From assembly GCA_963674755.2 (NCBI GenBank), contig CAXXVS010000002.1, positions 2,399,570 through 2,463,569 of the forward strand: a DNA stretch of 64,000 bases. The letters are read 5' to 3'. Below the pieces are notes generated by a model, which was not told where the DNA came from, did no database searches, and was given only the letters and a program-made list of their open reading frames with translations. A program made the position numbers and the translations under genes. Of the stretch, positions 54,639 to 63,136 are shown one piece after another (position 1 is the stretch's first letter; the number at the start of each line of letters is the position of its first letter). Source of the stretch: Desulfobacterales bacterium (lineage in GTDB: Bacteria > Desulfobacterota > Desulfobacteria > Desulfobacterales > UBA5852).

Positions 54639-55646
54639 ATGCTGAAACAATATCGTTTTCCGGGTCGCCGGCCGCAATTCCCCTCGCCGGTCAGGATCGC
54701 AGCCCTGCTCAGCCTCCTGGCAATACTGCTCCTGCCGGCACCCGACCCCGCCCCGGCGGCTTGCCGGTCCAAGGCGCTGGTAAAGCGCCCCATCGTCGTG
54801 ATCGGCGAGCCGCTGGCCGCGGTCTGCCTGCGGTTGAACATCGCTCCCCTGGCCTGGGTGGGTCGCAAGTCCCTCTGGGAGGACGGCGCACGCCTGTCCG
54901 CGGCTTCCGAGGCCCTGGGTTGCCCGGGGCGTCTTTCCGGACCCAAGGGACTGGCCATGATCAAACGCATTCGCGCGTTAGACCCCAAGGCCGTCTATAT
55001 GACGCATCTCAAGTGCCGCTACCGGCCGGATATCGACTATCGCAAGATTCGCAAAGCCCTGCGCGCCGAGGGGATCGAACCGCGCATCATCGCTTTCGAT
55101 AACGATCCCATGGCAGCGGTGCAAGAGTTCAGCGTAGCCCTTGACCGCGCGGCCGACGGCGAGAAGCTTGCCGCGAATTATGAAAAGGCCTTCCAGCGGG
55201 CCCGCACACGGTTGGCTGCCGTTCCCAAAGGCCTGCGCGTGGCCGTGGTGTCCGGCACCTTTCAGACGGCCACGGGCAAATGCTTCACCCGGCTGGAGGC
55301 GGCCGGCGGCTACAGCGACGCCTTTGTGCTGAAAGCCGCCGGGGCCGTCAACGTGGCGGCCGACATCGTGCAGAACAGCGACAAGATCGACAAGGGGCAT
55401 CTCGTCCTGCGGCGGCTGGACCGGGTCCTGGCGGCCCGGCCGGATGTGATCGCCGCCACCGGGGATGCCCTCCCCGTTGCGGTGAAGGTCGCCGGCGCCC
55501 TCAGGCGTTCCGCCTCCCAGGAAGCGGCCCCGGCGGTTTTTGCCCTGCCCCTCTATGTGGGGGCCGATCCCCTGGCCTATCCCGATGTGCTCACCCGCTG
55601 GGCGGTAGCCCTCGAAGCCGCCGCCGCGGTCGGAGATCAGAAATAA
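54639..55646 (+). CDS. exported periplasmic-binding-protein-like protein (possibly BtuF/FecB-type, cluster A)
   Basis: An N-terminal hydrophobic signal is followed by alternating beta-alpha blocks (PIVVIGEP.., ALDPKAVYM.., RVAVVSG.., ARPDVIAATGD) reminiscent of the Peripla_BP_2 fold. The assignment is weak. Confidence 0.4.
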   Translation: MLKQYRFPGRRPQFPSPVRIAALLSLLAILLLPAPDPAPAACRSKALVKRPIVVIGEPLAAVCLRLNIAPLAWVGRKSLWEDGARLSAASEALGCPGRLSGPKGLAMIKRIRALDPKAVYMTHLKCRYRPDIDYRKIRKALRAEGIEPRIIAFDNDPMAAVQEFSVALDRAADGEKLAANYEKAFQRARTRLAAVPKGLRVAVVSGTFQTATGKCFTRLEAAGGYSDAFVLKAAGAVNVAADIVQNSDKIDKGHLVLRRLDRVLAARPDVIAATGDALPVAVKVAGALRRSASQEAAPAVFALPLYVGADPLAYPDVLTRWAVALEAAAAVGDQK

Positions 55647-55683
55647 GCATAAGGCATTGATGCCCTGGCGCTGAACAAGTGCC

Positions 55684-55707
55684 GCGCAGACCCTGGGGGT
55701 GGGTTGC
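55684..55707 (+). promoter_or_regulatory. conserved 24-nt box upstream of pilin paralogue 1
   Basis: GCGCAGACCCTGGGGGTGGGTTGC lies 44 nt before ATG 55752. It is 21/24 identical to the box at 57119-57142. Confidence 0.4.
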
Positions 55708-55751
55708 AGACACAAATAAACACCAACCCTTTCTATCCGGGAGGCATTGTC

Positions 55752-56885
55752 ATGAAACACCGAAAATGTATCTTTACGACGAACGGCTTCACCCTGCTCG
55801 AAATCCTGGTGGTGTTGACGGTCATGGGCTTTCTCATCGCCATGGTGGCCCCCCGCCTGGCCGGCCTTACCAATGATGCCAGCGGCACGGTCTGCGACAC
55901 CAACAAGGGCCGAGCCCGCACCTATGTGGCGGCCTTCTACGAGAAATATGACCGTTATCCCAACGGACTCACCAATCTGGTCATGACCGACGGCACGGAC
56001 CTGGCCGCCGCCAACGCCTCGGATGACGGCTACCAGATCCCCTACTGCTCGGACGACGATCCGGAAAACGGCCCTGAAGTACTCGCCAAGGGTCACAACA
56101 AGCTCTACAAGTTCGTAATCCATCGTCTCAGTCAGGAGGAAGCCGACGAACTCAAAAGCCTGGGCCTCACCCAAGTTTACAACCTCAATGACTACGCTGC
56201 CGATGCTCCCGACCTGAACGGCGCCGCGGCCAACGGCCGTCACAACGCGGCCACAGCCTCGGACGGCGCCCGGGTCAGCAATTGGGGCAACGTCAACGCG
56301 GTCAGCGACCAGCGGCCCTCCATGGAATCCTGCACGCTTGAACAGGGTGTCGGGGTGGCCATGTGCGGCTGTGGCATCGGAGCGGTGGGCGGCACTGCCT
56401 TCACCTACGTGCAGGCGGAACGCGGGTGGGCCGAAGAAGATATCTTCGGCCGCATGGTTTTCGGTCTGGGGCCGGAATCGGAGCTGGTCACCTCGGGCAT
56501 CGTCACCAACGCGGCCCACTGCCCGGGCTCCATCCAGAACGCTGATAACTTCACCTGGGGCGGTTACTACCTGATCCTGCCGCGGCTGGAAGCCACGGTG
56601 GACCGCCTGGAAACGGCCACCTATGCCGGCTTGTGGGGCAGCGGCAGCCTCAACTACACGGCCCTGTCGTCAGACGATCTGGAGGCGGTCTCCTGGCCCA
56701 AGGGCGGAACCACGCCTTCCACCAATTATGGCATCACGGCCAACGCCGACCATTTCAAGGTGCGCAACGGCCTAGGGCTGGGGGATGCCATGGCCGTCTG
56801 GGATTTCGATACCAACCGCCAGCGCTATGACGAGATCTGGGGTATCGACATCATGAACGCCAACCACGTGCTCAACGGCGGCTGA
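55752..56885 (+). CDS. large type IV pilin / GspG-like pseudopilin paralogue 1 (377 aa)
   Basis: GGAGG RBS. The prepilin leader MKHRKCIFTTNG|FTLLEILVVLTVMGFLIAMVAP has the conserved Glu at position 5 of the mature protein. The GspG-like segment AAFYEKYDRYPNGLTNL is followed by a ~300-aa extension. Confidence 0.8.
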   Translation: MKHRKCIFTTNGFTLLEILVVLTVMGFLIAMVAPRLAGLTNDASGTVCDTNKGRARTYVAAFYEKYDRYPNGLTNLVMTDGTDLAAANASDDGYQIPYCSDDDPENGPEVLAKGHNKLYKFVIHRLSQEEADELKSLGLTQVYNLNDYAADAPDLNGAAANGRHNAATASDGARVSNWGNVNAVSDQRPSMESCTLEQGVGVAMCGCGIGAVGGTAFTYVQAERGWAEEDIFGRMVFGLGPESELVTSGIVTNAAHCPGSIQNADNFTWGGYYLILPRLEATVDRLETATYAGLWGSGSLNYTALSSDDLEAVSWPKGGTTPSTNYGITANADHFKVRNGLGLGDAMAVWDFDTNRQRYDEIWGIDIMNANHVLNGG

Positions 56886-57118
56886 CGGAAGGCCGCCCGT
56901 TTATAAAAAACAGTCGGCCCACGGAAAGGAGGTGATGGCCGGAAACCGAACCCAACGGGCCGCCCGGGGCGGTCCGCCTGTCACGGCAGGGCGCCGGAAG
57001 GAAACCTTGCATTTCGCCAAAGCCAAACCCCGGGCAACCGGGGGACGGAAAGCCGCGGGTCCCGCGGGGACGGCCGGGCTGCCGGAATCTCTGACAATCT
57101 GTATTTCAACCGCCTGCG

Positions 57119-57142
57119 GCGCAGACCCTGTGGCGGGGTTGC
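57119..57142 (+). promoter_or_regulatory. conserved 24-nt box upstream of pilin paralogue 2
   Basis: GCGCAGACCCTGTGGCGGGGTTGC lies 43 nt before ATG 57186. It can fold as GCAGACCC-loop-GGGGTTGC. Confidence 0.4.
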
Positions 57143-57185
57143 CGCTGCGCAAGACCATTTTTTCTACTTTAAAGGAGAGACTGCA

Positions 57186-58292
57186 ATGCAACGCCACACC
57201 AACCGTATGACCCGCAACCAAGGTTTTACCCTGCTCGAAATCCTGGTGGTCCTCACCATCATGGGTTTCCTCATCGCCATGGTGGCCCCGCGTCTGGCCG
57301 GCATCTCCAGTGAAGCCGTGGACACGGTATGCGACACCAACCAGAACCGCACCATCACGATGGTGGCCGCTTATTTTGAAAGAACCGGCAAGTTCCCCAA
57401 CAAGCTGACCAACCTTGTTGCGGTGGAGGGTACCGATTGGGATGACGCAACTTACTATACCCCGAGCGTCAGCGATGGCGACCCGGATAATGGCCAGGAA
57501 ACCCTGGCCGCGGAATTCGGCGAGCGCGTCCATCCGATGATCCACTACCTGAGCGCGGACGAAGCCCAGGAACTGGCCGACATGGGCATCAAAAAACTGT
57601 TCAACCTCAACGCCTATGACAACTTCACCACCGACGGAACCGACCACGGCCCGGATGGAACAACGCCTATTGCCGATGCCAACCAAGGCAACCCCATGGA
57701 AGAAGTCACCCCGGATGATGTGGATTATACGACGGGACAATTTGCCGTCATGATGTCCGGCATGGGCGTCGATTCCGCTGGCGCTTGGCAGACGGAAACC
57801 CTTACCGGCTTTGGCGAAGCCCAATTCCTAGGCCGTATCGTCCTTGGTTTCGGTCCGGAAAACGGTCTGGTCACGTCCGGTATCGTCACCAACGCGGCCC
57901 ATTGCCCCGGTGGTCTGCAGAATTCCGACAACATCACCTACAACGACTACAACCTGATCGTGCCCCGGCTGCAATCCACGGTAGATCGTTTGGACGAAAC
58001 CACTCCTGAGATCACGGACCTGGCGACCTCAATCACCGGCATCCAGTACGCGGCCTATGGGTACACCGAAAATTTTGACACGAGTAGCGGTATTACGGCG
58101 GCCACGTTTGATACCGACGGTACCGTTCTCACCTCACCGACCGGCATAAAAACCAGGTTGATGACCTTTGGTGCCCAGGAAAACTACGAGTACTCCACCA
58201 TGTGCCCCGAGGGTCATATGTATCCGGCTGACGATTCCGATTTCTGGGCAGTCAATCCGGACAACGCTAGTTTTGTCGCTACGGACTTCTGA
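57186..58292 (+). CDS. large type IV pilin / GspG-like pseudopilin paralogue 2 (368 aa)
   Basis: AAAGGAGAG RBS. The leader is MQRHTNRMTRNQG|FTLLEILVVLTIMGFLIAMVAP. It shares VCDTN, FGxGPExxLVTSGIVTNAAHCPG and PRLxxTVDRL blocks with paralogue 1. Confidence 0.8.
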   Translation: MQRHTNRMTRNQGFTLLEILVVLTIMGFLIAMVAPRLAGISSEAVDTVCDTNQNRTITMVAAYFERTGKFPNKLTNLVAVEGTDWDDATYYTPSVSDGDPDNGQETLAAEFGERVHPMIHYLSADEAQELADMGIKKLFNLNAYDNFTTDGTDHGPDGTTPIADANQGNPMEEVTPDDVDYTTGQFAVMMSGMGVDSAGAWQTETLTGFGEAQFLGRIVLGFGPENGLVTSGIVTNAAHCPGGLQNSDNITYNDYNLIVPRLQSTVDRLDETTPEITDLATSITGIQYAAYGYTENFDTSSGITAATFDTDGTVLTSPTGIKTRLMTFGAQENYEYSTMCPEGHMYPADDSDFWAVNPDNASFVATDF

Positions 58293-58328
58293 TAAAGAAT
58301 CCTGAAAGACCTTAACAGGAGCGTATCA

Positions 58329-58360
58329 GCGGGGAGGGCAACCTCCCCGCTCTCAACTTT
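58329..58360 (+). terminator. hairpin terminator/attenuator after pilin paralogue 2
   Basis: GCGGGGAGG-GCAA-CCTCCCCGC is followed by TCTCAACTTTT. Confidence 0.5.
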
Positions 58361-58444
58361 TAGATAAAACAGATCCGATCCGCCGCTCAGCACTTTCACC
58401 GTTTCCTAGCAGAGCACGGGAACGAGAGGTAACCAACAAACCAA

Positions 58445-60514
58445 TTGAAACAATCCGCCAATAAAACGCACCCCCAATCCGCCTTCACCCTCCTCGAAGT
58501 GCTCATCGTGCTCTTTATCCTGGGGATGATCGCCGCCATGGCCGGGCCGGCCATGGGCATCCTGGACGATGCCCAGCGGGCACGCATCACCCGGGAGCGC
58601 ATGGCGGCCGTCCGGCGGGCCATCCTGGGACCGGACGACCGTTTTGATACCCACGGCCGGCCCCTCATCGGCGGTTATGCAGGCGACATGCAGGCCTGGC
58701 CCGATTTGTGGGAAGCGCGGGCCGAGATCAAACCCGATTTTACCGGCAGCGGCTGGGACACCCCCTCTTCCCTGACCGCCGGCCTGGGACAGGGGCCGGA
58801 CTACACAGTGGATCCCGGCCATGTCTTCTTTCGTCCGTCCGGGCATTTCACCAAGAGCCGCTGGCACTGGAACATTCCGTATCGCCGGCTCTACGACGAT
58901 ACGACGACTGACAGCGACCACATCGGCGGTCTGGCCACGGAGAACGAGGGCCAGCCCCGGGGGCTGTGGACCCGCTTTCCCGAGGAGCTGAACGTGGACC
59001 TCACCGATCATGCGGCCCCGGGCCTGGACCTGGGCGAGAACTGGAAAGGGCCCTATATCGCCCCGCCCCTGAGAGACAACCCCTCGGACAGCGACCACTG
59101 GGCCGAAAACGATGGCATGTACGATAACCTGGCGCCGGCCTGGCAAACTTCGGGTGCCCATGCCGGCTACGAAACCTGGGAGGAGGGCGACTACGCTCCC
59201 GCCGGCGAACTGGGCGAGCTTTTCGACGACAAAGAGGCCTTCCGCCTGCTCCAGACCGAAGGCCGGCTGACCGACGGCTGGGGCCGGGCCCTGCGCTTTT
59301 TCATCACCGACGATGCGGACCACGCCGGGAGCACGGTCTTCTGGATTCTCTCCGAGGGGCCCGACGGCGATGGGCGCTACCCCACTAAAGGCTCGTGCAG
59401 CGGCCATGTCTGGACCGTGGACGCCGCCGACACCATGGCCACGGCCTATGATCCGGACGCCGACAAGAACCAGGACAACATCGTACTCAAGCTTTTCTCC
59501 CGCGACTGGGAAGCGATCTTCGAAGAGGAGACCCGCCGCCGGGAAGCGCTCACCGACGCCATTTTGGAGCACATCCGCCGGGCCCTGGCCGGAGAGAGCC
59601 CCGGCGGCCTCAACAGCGGCTACACCGGGGCTTTTTGCGCCTGGCCGGCCCTGTTCCGCTGGGAGGACAACGGCACGCCGGACGATGAGACGGACGACCA
59701 TTGGGACAATGCCGACGATGCCGACATAGCCTACACCAAGGGCCAGCCCCGGGGGTTGTGGACCGCCACCCCCAACACGGACGACACGGACGATGACCTG
59801 GCCGCCTCCCGGTGGGGCATCGGCTGGCGCCATGCCTGCCTTACCCGCCCGGGGGGCGTAGGTGAGGAAGAATCTGTACGGGATGCCTGGGGCCGGGAAA
59901 TCCTCTTTTTCCACGATGCGGCCAACGGCCTGCTGCTGGTGCTCTCCCGGGGCGCGGACGGCGGCTTTGATTTCGGCACCACCAATGCGGCCCGGACCGA
60001 ACCCGAGGATTTTGTCGAAGTGGTAGATGTGACCGGCTACGACCCCACCACGGTCGTCAATGCCGACAACCGCTATGCCGTGATCGCCGAAAACGACTGG
60101 CAGCCCGGGTTTTTCCGGCTGTCGGGCTTCACGGTCCTGAACGCCTACCTGGGCGATGTCGCCTACGGCACCACCAAGGCCTGCTTTTTCCGGTCCGACG
60201 GCACCCCTGTGGCCGACATCGACCTACTGGCGCCCACCGCTCTTACCGACGAGGACGGCGACCTGGTGGCGGACGACTGGTCCCGGGGGGACGGCACGGC
60301 TGCCGATCCGGCTTTCAATTATGACGACACGACACCCCAGACCGCTCTTTCCGGGGCCCGCTATCTGGTGTTCTGGAACGATGCGGACGGCAGCGACACC
60401 ATCGACAGCGGCGAAGACTTTACCGCGCTGATTTACACGGTAACGGCCTCGGCCGGCAGCGGCCAGTATGAACCGGTGCAGGTGGACACGGCCGATTTCC
60501 AGCCGCTGCCCTGA
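58445..60514 (+). CDS. giant pseudopilin-like protein (689 aa) with N-terminal pilin-type hydrophobic helix
   Basis: TTG 58445 is the only possible start, because TAA lies 5 codons upstream. The N-terminus is MKQSANKTHPQSA|FTLLEVLIVLFILGMIAAMAGP, with Ala instead of Gly before Phe. The remainder is very acidic, with many D-rich runs. Confidence 0.7.
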   Translation: MKQSANKTHPQSAFTLLEVLIVLFILGMIAAMAGPAMGILDDAQRARITRERMAAVRRAILGPDDRFDTHGRPLIGGYAGDMQAWPDLWEARAEIKPDFTGSGWDTPSSLTAGLGQGPDYTVDPGHVFFRPSGHFTKSRWHWNIPYRRLYDDTTTDSDHIGGLATENEGQPRGLWTRFPEELNVDLTDHAAPGLDLGENWKGPYIAPPLRDNPSDSDHWAENDGMYDNLAPAWQTSGAHAGYETWEEGDYAPAGELGELFDDKEAFRLLQTEGRLTDGWGRALRFFITDDADHAGSTVFWILSEGPDGDGRYPTKGSCSGHVWTVDAADTMATAYDPDADKNQDNIVLKLFSRDWEAIFEEETRRREALTDAILEHIRRALAGESPGGLNSGYTGAFCAWPALFRWEDNGTPDDETDDHWDNADDADIAYTKGQPRGLWTATPNTDDTDDDLAASRWGIGWRHACLTRPGGVGEEESVRDAWGREILFFHDAANGLLLVLSRGADGGFDFGTTNAARTEPEDFVEVVDVTGYDPTTVVNADNRYAVIAENDWQPGFFRLSGFTVLNAYLGDVAYGTTKACFFRSDGTPVADIDLLAPTALTDEDGDLVADDWSRGDGTAADPAFNYDDTTPQTALSGARYLVFWNDADGSDTIDSGEDFTALIYTVTASAGSGQYEPVQVDTADFQPLP

Positions 60515-60545
60515 ACCGCTGAGGGAGCAGGCGCATGTTGGACGA

Positions 60546-62096
60546 ATGGACGCGAATGGATTCTGTGCATTGAAAATCGAACGCATGCTGACACAATGGA
60601 TTCCCCGGCGGGTGCTGGCCGTGGAGCTGGCCGGGGACGACATCCGGGCCGCCCTGGTGCGCCGCAAGGGCGGCCGTTTCGAGGTGCTGGATTTCGCCGC
60701 CCTCAAGCGGCCCGATCCCCAGGACGATCTGCCCAATGTCGAGACCCTCAAGGCCCTGGGCGACCGCCTGGGTCAGACCACCGGACCGGCCGTGCTGGTG
60801 ACGCCCCTGGCGCGGGCCTTCGAGCTGCTCATGGACCGCAAGAAGATCAGCGGCCTGAAGCACTACCAGCTGCTTGAAACCGTCAAGTGGGAGGTGGAGC
60901 CTTACACGGGCATCACCGGAGCCAGCGCCCTGATCGGCGTGGAACCCGAACAGCGGCCCAAAGCGCGCCCCGGCGAAATCGTCTCCGAGGATGAGGACGA
61001 ACAGGCCACCGTCACCGTGGCGGCCATCGAGCGCAATGTCTACCGGGCGGCCCGGGAGCGTTTCAAGGCTGCGGGCTTCGAGCTGGTGCGCATCTATCCG
61101 CCGGAGGTGTCCTTTTACTACGCCTTGTACCTGGCGCCGCTGGAAACGCCCCGGGCCCTGCTGGAAGTGGGGCCGGACTATTCCAATTTTGCCATCCTGC
61201 GCGGCGGGGTGCCCGAGCAAATCAACACCCTCAGCCTGAGCCTGGATGCCATGACGGCCCACCTGAGCGGGGAGGCGGTGTCCCATGAGCTGGAAGACAG
61301 CCTGCGTTTCACCGTGCGCCAGACACCGGAGCCCGAACCCCTGGTGATTTCCGGACCGGGCGCCGGAAACGCCGCGGTGGTGGAATTCATTGGCGGGTTT
61401 AGCCCCAACGGGGCCCGCCCCCTAACCTTGTCCCGCACGGCCGGATTGGCCGACGCCCGGGACGAAAGCGCCCACGCCGTTTTCGGCACCACCGTGGGGG
61501 CCGCCGTACGCGAGTTGCAGGGGCGGCAGGCACGCCAGGCCGGCATCGACGACCGTATGCCCCTGGTGCCCCGTCTGAAGCAAAGCGTCTACCTGGCGCC
61601 CCTGGCCACGGCCTTGGTGCTGGGGGTGCTGCTGGCCGGCCATTACCAATTCATGAAACACCAGGACCGGGTCTACAAGGCCCGCATCACCACCCTGAAG
61701 GCGGACCTCAAGATCCGTCAGGCCGAAATCGCCAAATACGAGGATCTGATCAAAGAGCAGGACGCGCTGCGCAAGGAGATCGAGATGGCCAAGAAGCGTT
61801 TGGCCTACATCGAGGGTCAGGCCGACGAACAATTGGACCACCTCATCGCCTGCATTGCCGGCCTGGCGGATGCGCTCTCGGATCAGATCGTCCTGAAAGC
61901 CATCCTCCAGAACGGTTCGGACACCTATACCGTGACCGGCAGCGCCTTCGACCTTGATGCGCTGGGCGTCTACGCCACCCGGCTCCAGGAGACGGCCTGG
62001 TGCGAAGCGGCCGTACTGCAAAAGCTTGAGAAGGGGGACGACGGCCAGCGCCTGGATTTCGAAATGACCCTCAAAGCGCCCCGCGAGGCCACATGA
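60546..62096 (+). CDS. PilM-like / PilN-like fusion (GspL-like assembly protein); start uncertain (60546 or 60585)
   Basis: The N-terminal actin-like region (VLAVELAGDDIRAALV.., LLEVGPDYSNFAIL) is followed by a single TM helix (VYLAPLATALVLGVLLAG) and a coiled-coil periplasmic part. Confidence 0.7.
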   Translation: MDANGFCALKIERMLTQWIPRRVLAVELAGDDIRAALVRRKGGRFEVLDFAALKRPDPQDDLPNVETLKALGDRLGQTTGPAVLVTPLARAFELLMDRKKISGLKHYQLLETVKWEVEPYTGITGASALIGVEPEQRPKARPGEIVSEDEDEQATVTVAAIERNVYRAARERFKAAGFELVRIYPPEVSFYYALYLAPLETPRALLEVGPDYSNFAILRGGVPEQINTLSLSLDAMTAHLSGEAVSHELEDSLRFTVRQTPEPEPLVISGPGAGNAAVVEFIGGFSPNGARPLTLSRTAGLADARDESAHAVFGTTVGAAVRELQGRQARQAGIDDRMPLVPRLKQSVYLAPLATALVLGVLLAGHYQFMKHQDRVYKARITTLKADLKIRQAEIAKYEDLIKEQDALRKEIEMAKKRLAYIEGQADEQLDHLIACIAGLADALSDQIVLKAILQNGSDTYTVTGSAFDLDALGVYATRLQETAWCEAAVLQKLEKGDDGQRLDFEMTLKAPREAT

Positions 62097-62629
62097 GGAA
62101 ACTGTCCCGTTTTGAAAAATTCGGCCTCATGGCGGCCGTCATCGTGGCCTGCACCTTCTTTTACGTGAAGAAGGTCTACGAGCCCCAGGAGGCGCGTCTG
62201 AAGAAGACCATCGCCACCCTCAACAAGGTGGTGGGCCAGATCAACAACCTCGAGGAGGTGCCGCCGGCCGCCACGGTCAAGCGCTCCCTGAAGCGCTACC
62301 GCAAGGACCTGGAAGCGCTGTCGGATCAGTTGCAGGGCACCCAGATGCAAACCGGTGCGGAGCGGGAGGTGACCAAGCTGCTGAGCACCATCAACCGCAG
62401 AATGGCTTGCCACGGTCTGCGGGTCAATTCCCTGACGCCGGGGGGCGCCAGCACGGACGAACTGCTGGAGTGGAATCTCTTTCAGTTGAACCTGGAGGGC
62501 TCGTTCCAGGGCTTCCTGAATTTTGTGCGCGACCTGAAGGATCTGAAAGATGCGGTCAAAATCGAAAAGGTGCAAATGGAAAGGGGCGACGGCCGCCTCC
62601 TGCACATCCAACTCAATCTGATGATCTGA
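62093..62629 (+). CDS. PilO/GspM-like protein
   Basis: ATGA overlap with the upstream gene. It has an N-terminal TM helix (FGLMAAVIVACTFFYV), a coiled coil, and a ferredoxin-like C-terminal part. Confidence 0.6.
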   Translation: MRKLSRFEKFGLMAAVIVACTFFYVKKVYEPQEARLKKTIATLNKVVGQINNLEEVPPAATVKRSLKRYRKDLEALSDQLQGTQMQTGAEREVTKLLSTINRRMACHGLRVNSLTPGGASTDELLEWNLFQLNLEGSFQGFLNFVRDLKDLKDAVKIEKVQMERGDGRLLHIQLNLMI

Positions 62630-62644
62630 CAATAGAGGAGTACC

Positions 62645-63136
62645 ATGCTGAAGAAAATGCTTTACAAGGCCATCGGACCGCGGCCCCGGCCAAAGGCCGT
62701 CTCCCTGGCGAAACCCCGCAGACGGTTGGCTTGCGCAGTGCTCGTGTGGTCCATGGCCCTGGCCGGTCTGTCCCTGGTCTCGGCTTTGGCGGCGGCGGCC
62801 GCAGGGCCGGTCGCACCGGAACGCAATCCCTTTGAGACGGTGCCCTCCGCGGAAAACCCCTATCGCCATGAGGAGGCCATCCAGAAGCTGACCGTCCAGG
62901 GCATCGTGCGGGCCGAAAAGACCGAGCGGATCATCGTACGCATCGCGGACATCGACGGTCTGGCGGTCCTCAAAAAGGGCGACAAGATTGCCCTGCGGCT
63001 CGACGGCCTGGTCCACACCTTCACCGTGGGCCGCATCCAGGCCAAAAGCGTCTGGTTTCAGGCCCTGCCCGCACGGGATGCCGCGCCGGATGACGATCGG
63101 ATCCGTCGCCAGTCCTACGAGGTGTTTGTCCAATGA
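62645..63136 (+). CDS. PilP/GspC-like periplasmic protein
   Basis: It has a TM/signal segment, and the C-terminal beta-domain (LTVQGIVRAEKTERIIVRIADIDGLAVLKKGDKI) resembles PilP/HR domains. Its position before the secretin fits. Confidence 0.5.
   Translation: MLKKMLYKAIGPRPRPKAVSLAKPRRRLACAVLVWSMALAGLSLVSALAAAAAGPVAPERNPFETVPSAENPYRHEEAIQKLTVQGIVRAEKTERIIVRIADIDGLAVLKKGDKIALRLDGLVHTFTVGRIQAKSVWFQALPARDAAPDDDRIRRQSYEVFVQ

Noticed and set aside
55690-55707. Sigma54 (-24/-12) promoter upstream of the pilin genes (TGG...TTGC-like strings in the conserved box)
   Set aside because: The spacing between the GG and the TTGC does not fit TGGCAC-N5-TTGC in either copy (one is off by 1 nt, the other far too short). 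The box is kept only as an unclassified conserved element.
54978-59914. Minus-strand ORFs 54978..56519 (513 aa), 56901..57824 (307 aa) and 58406..59914 (502 aa)
   Set aside because: They are antisense to the binding-protein and pilin genes. Their translations are low-complexity (G/V/A/H/D-rich). The + strand genes have RBSs and pilin leader motifs.
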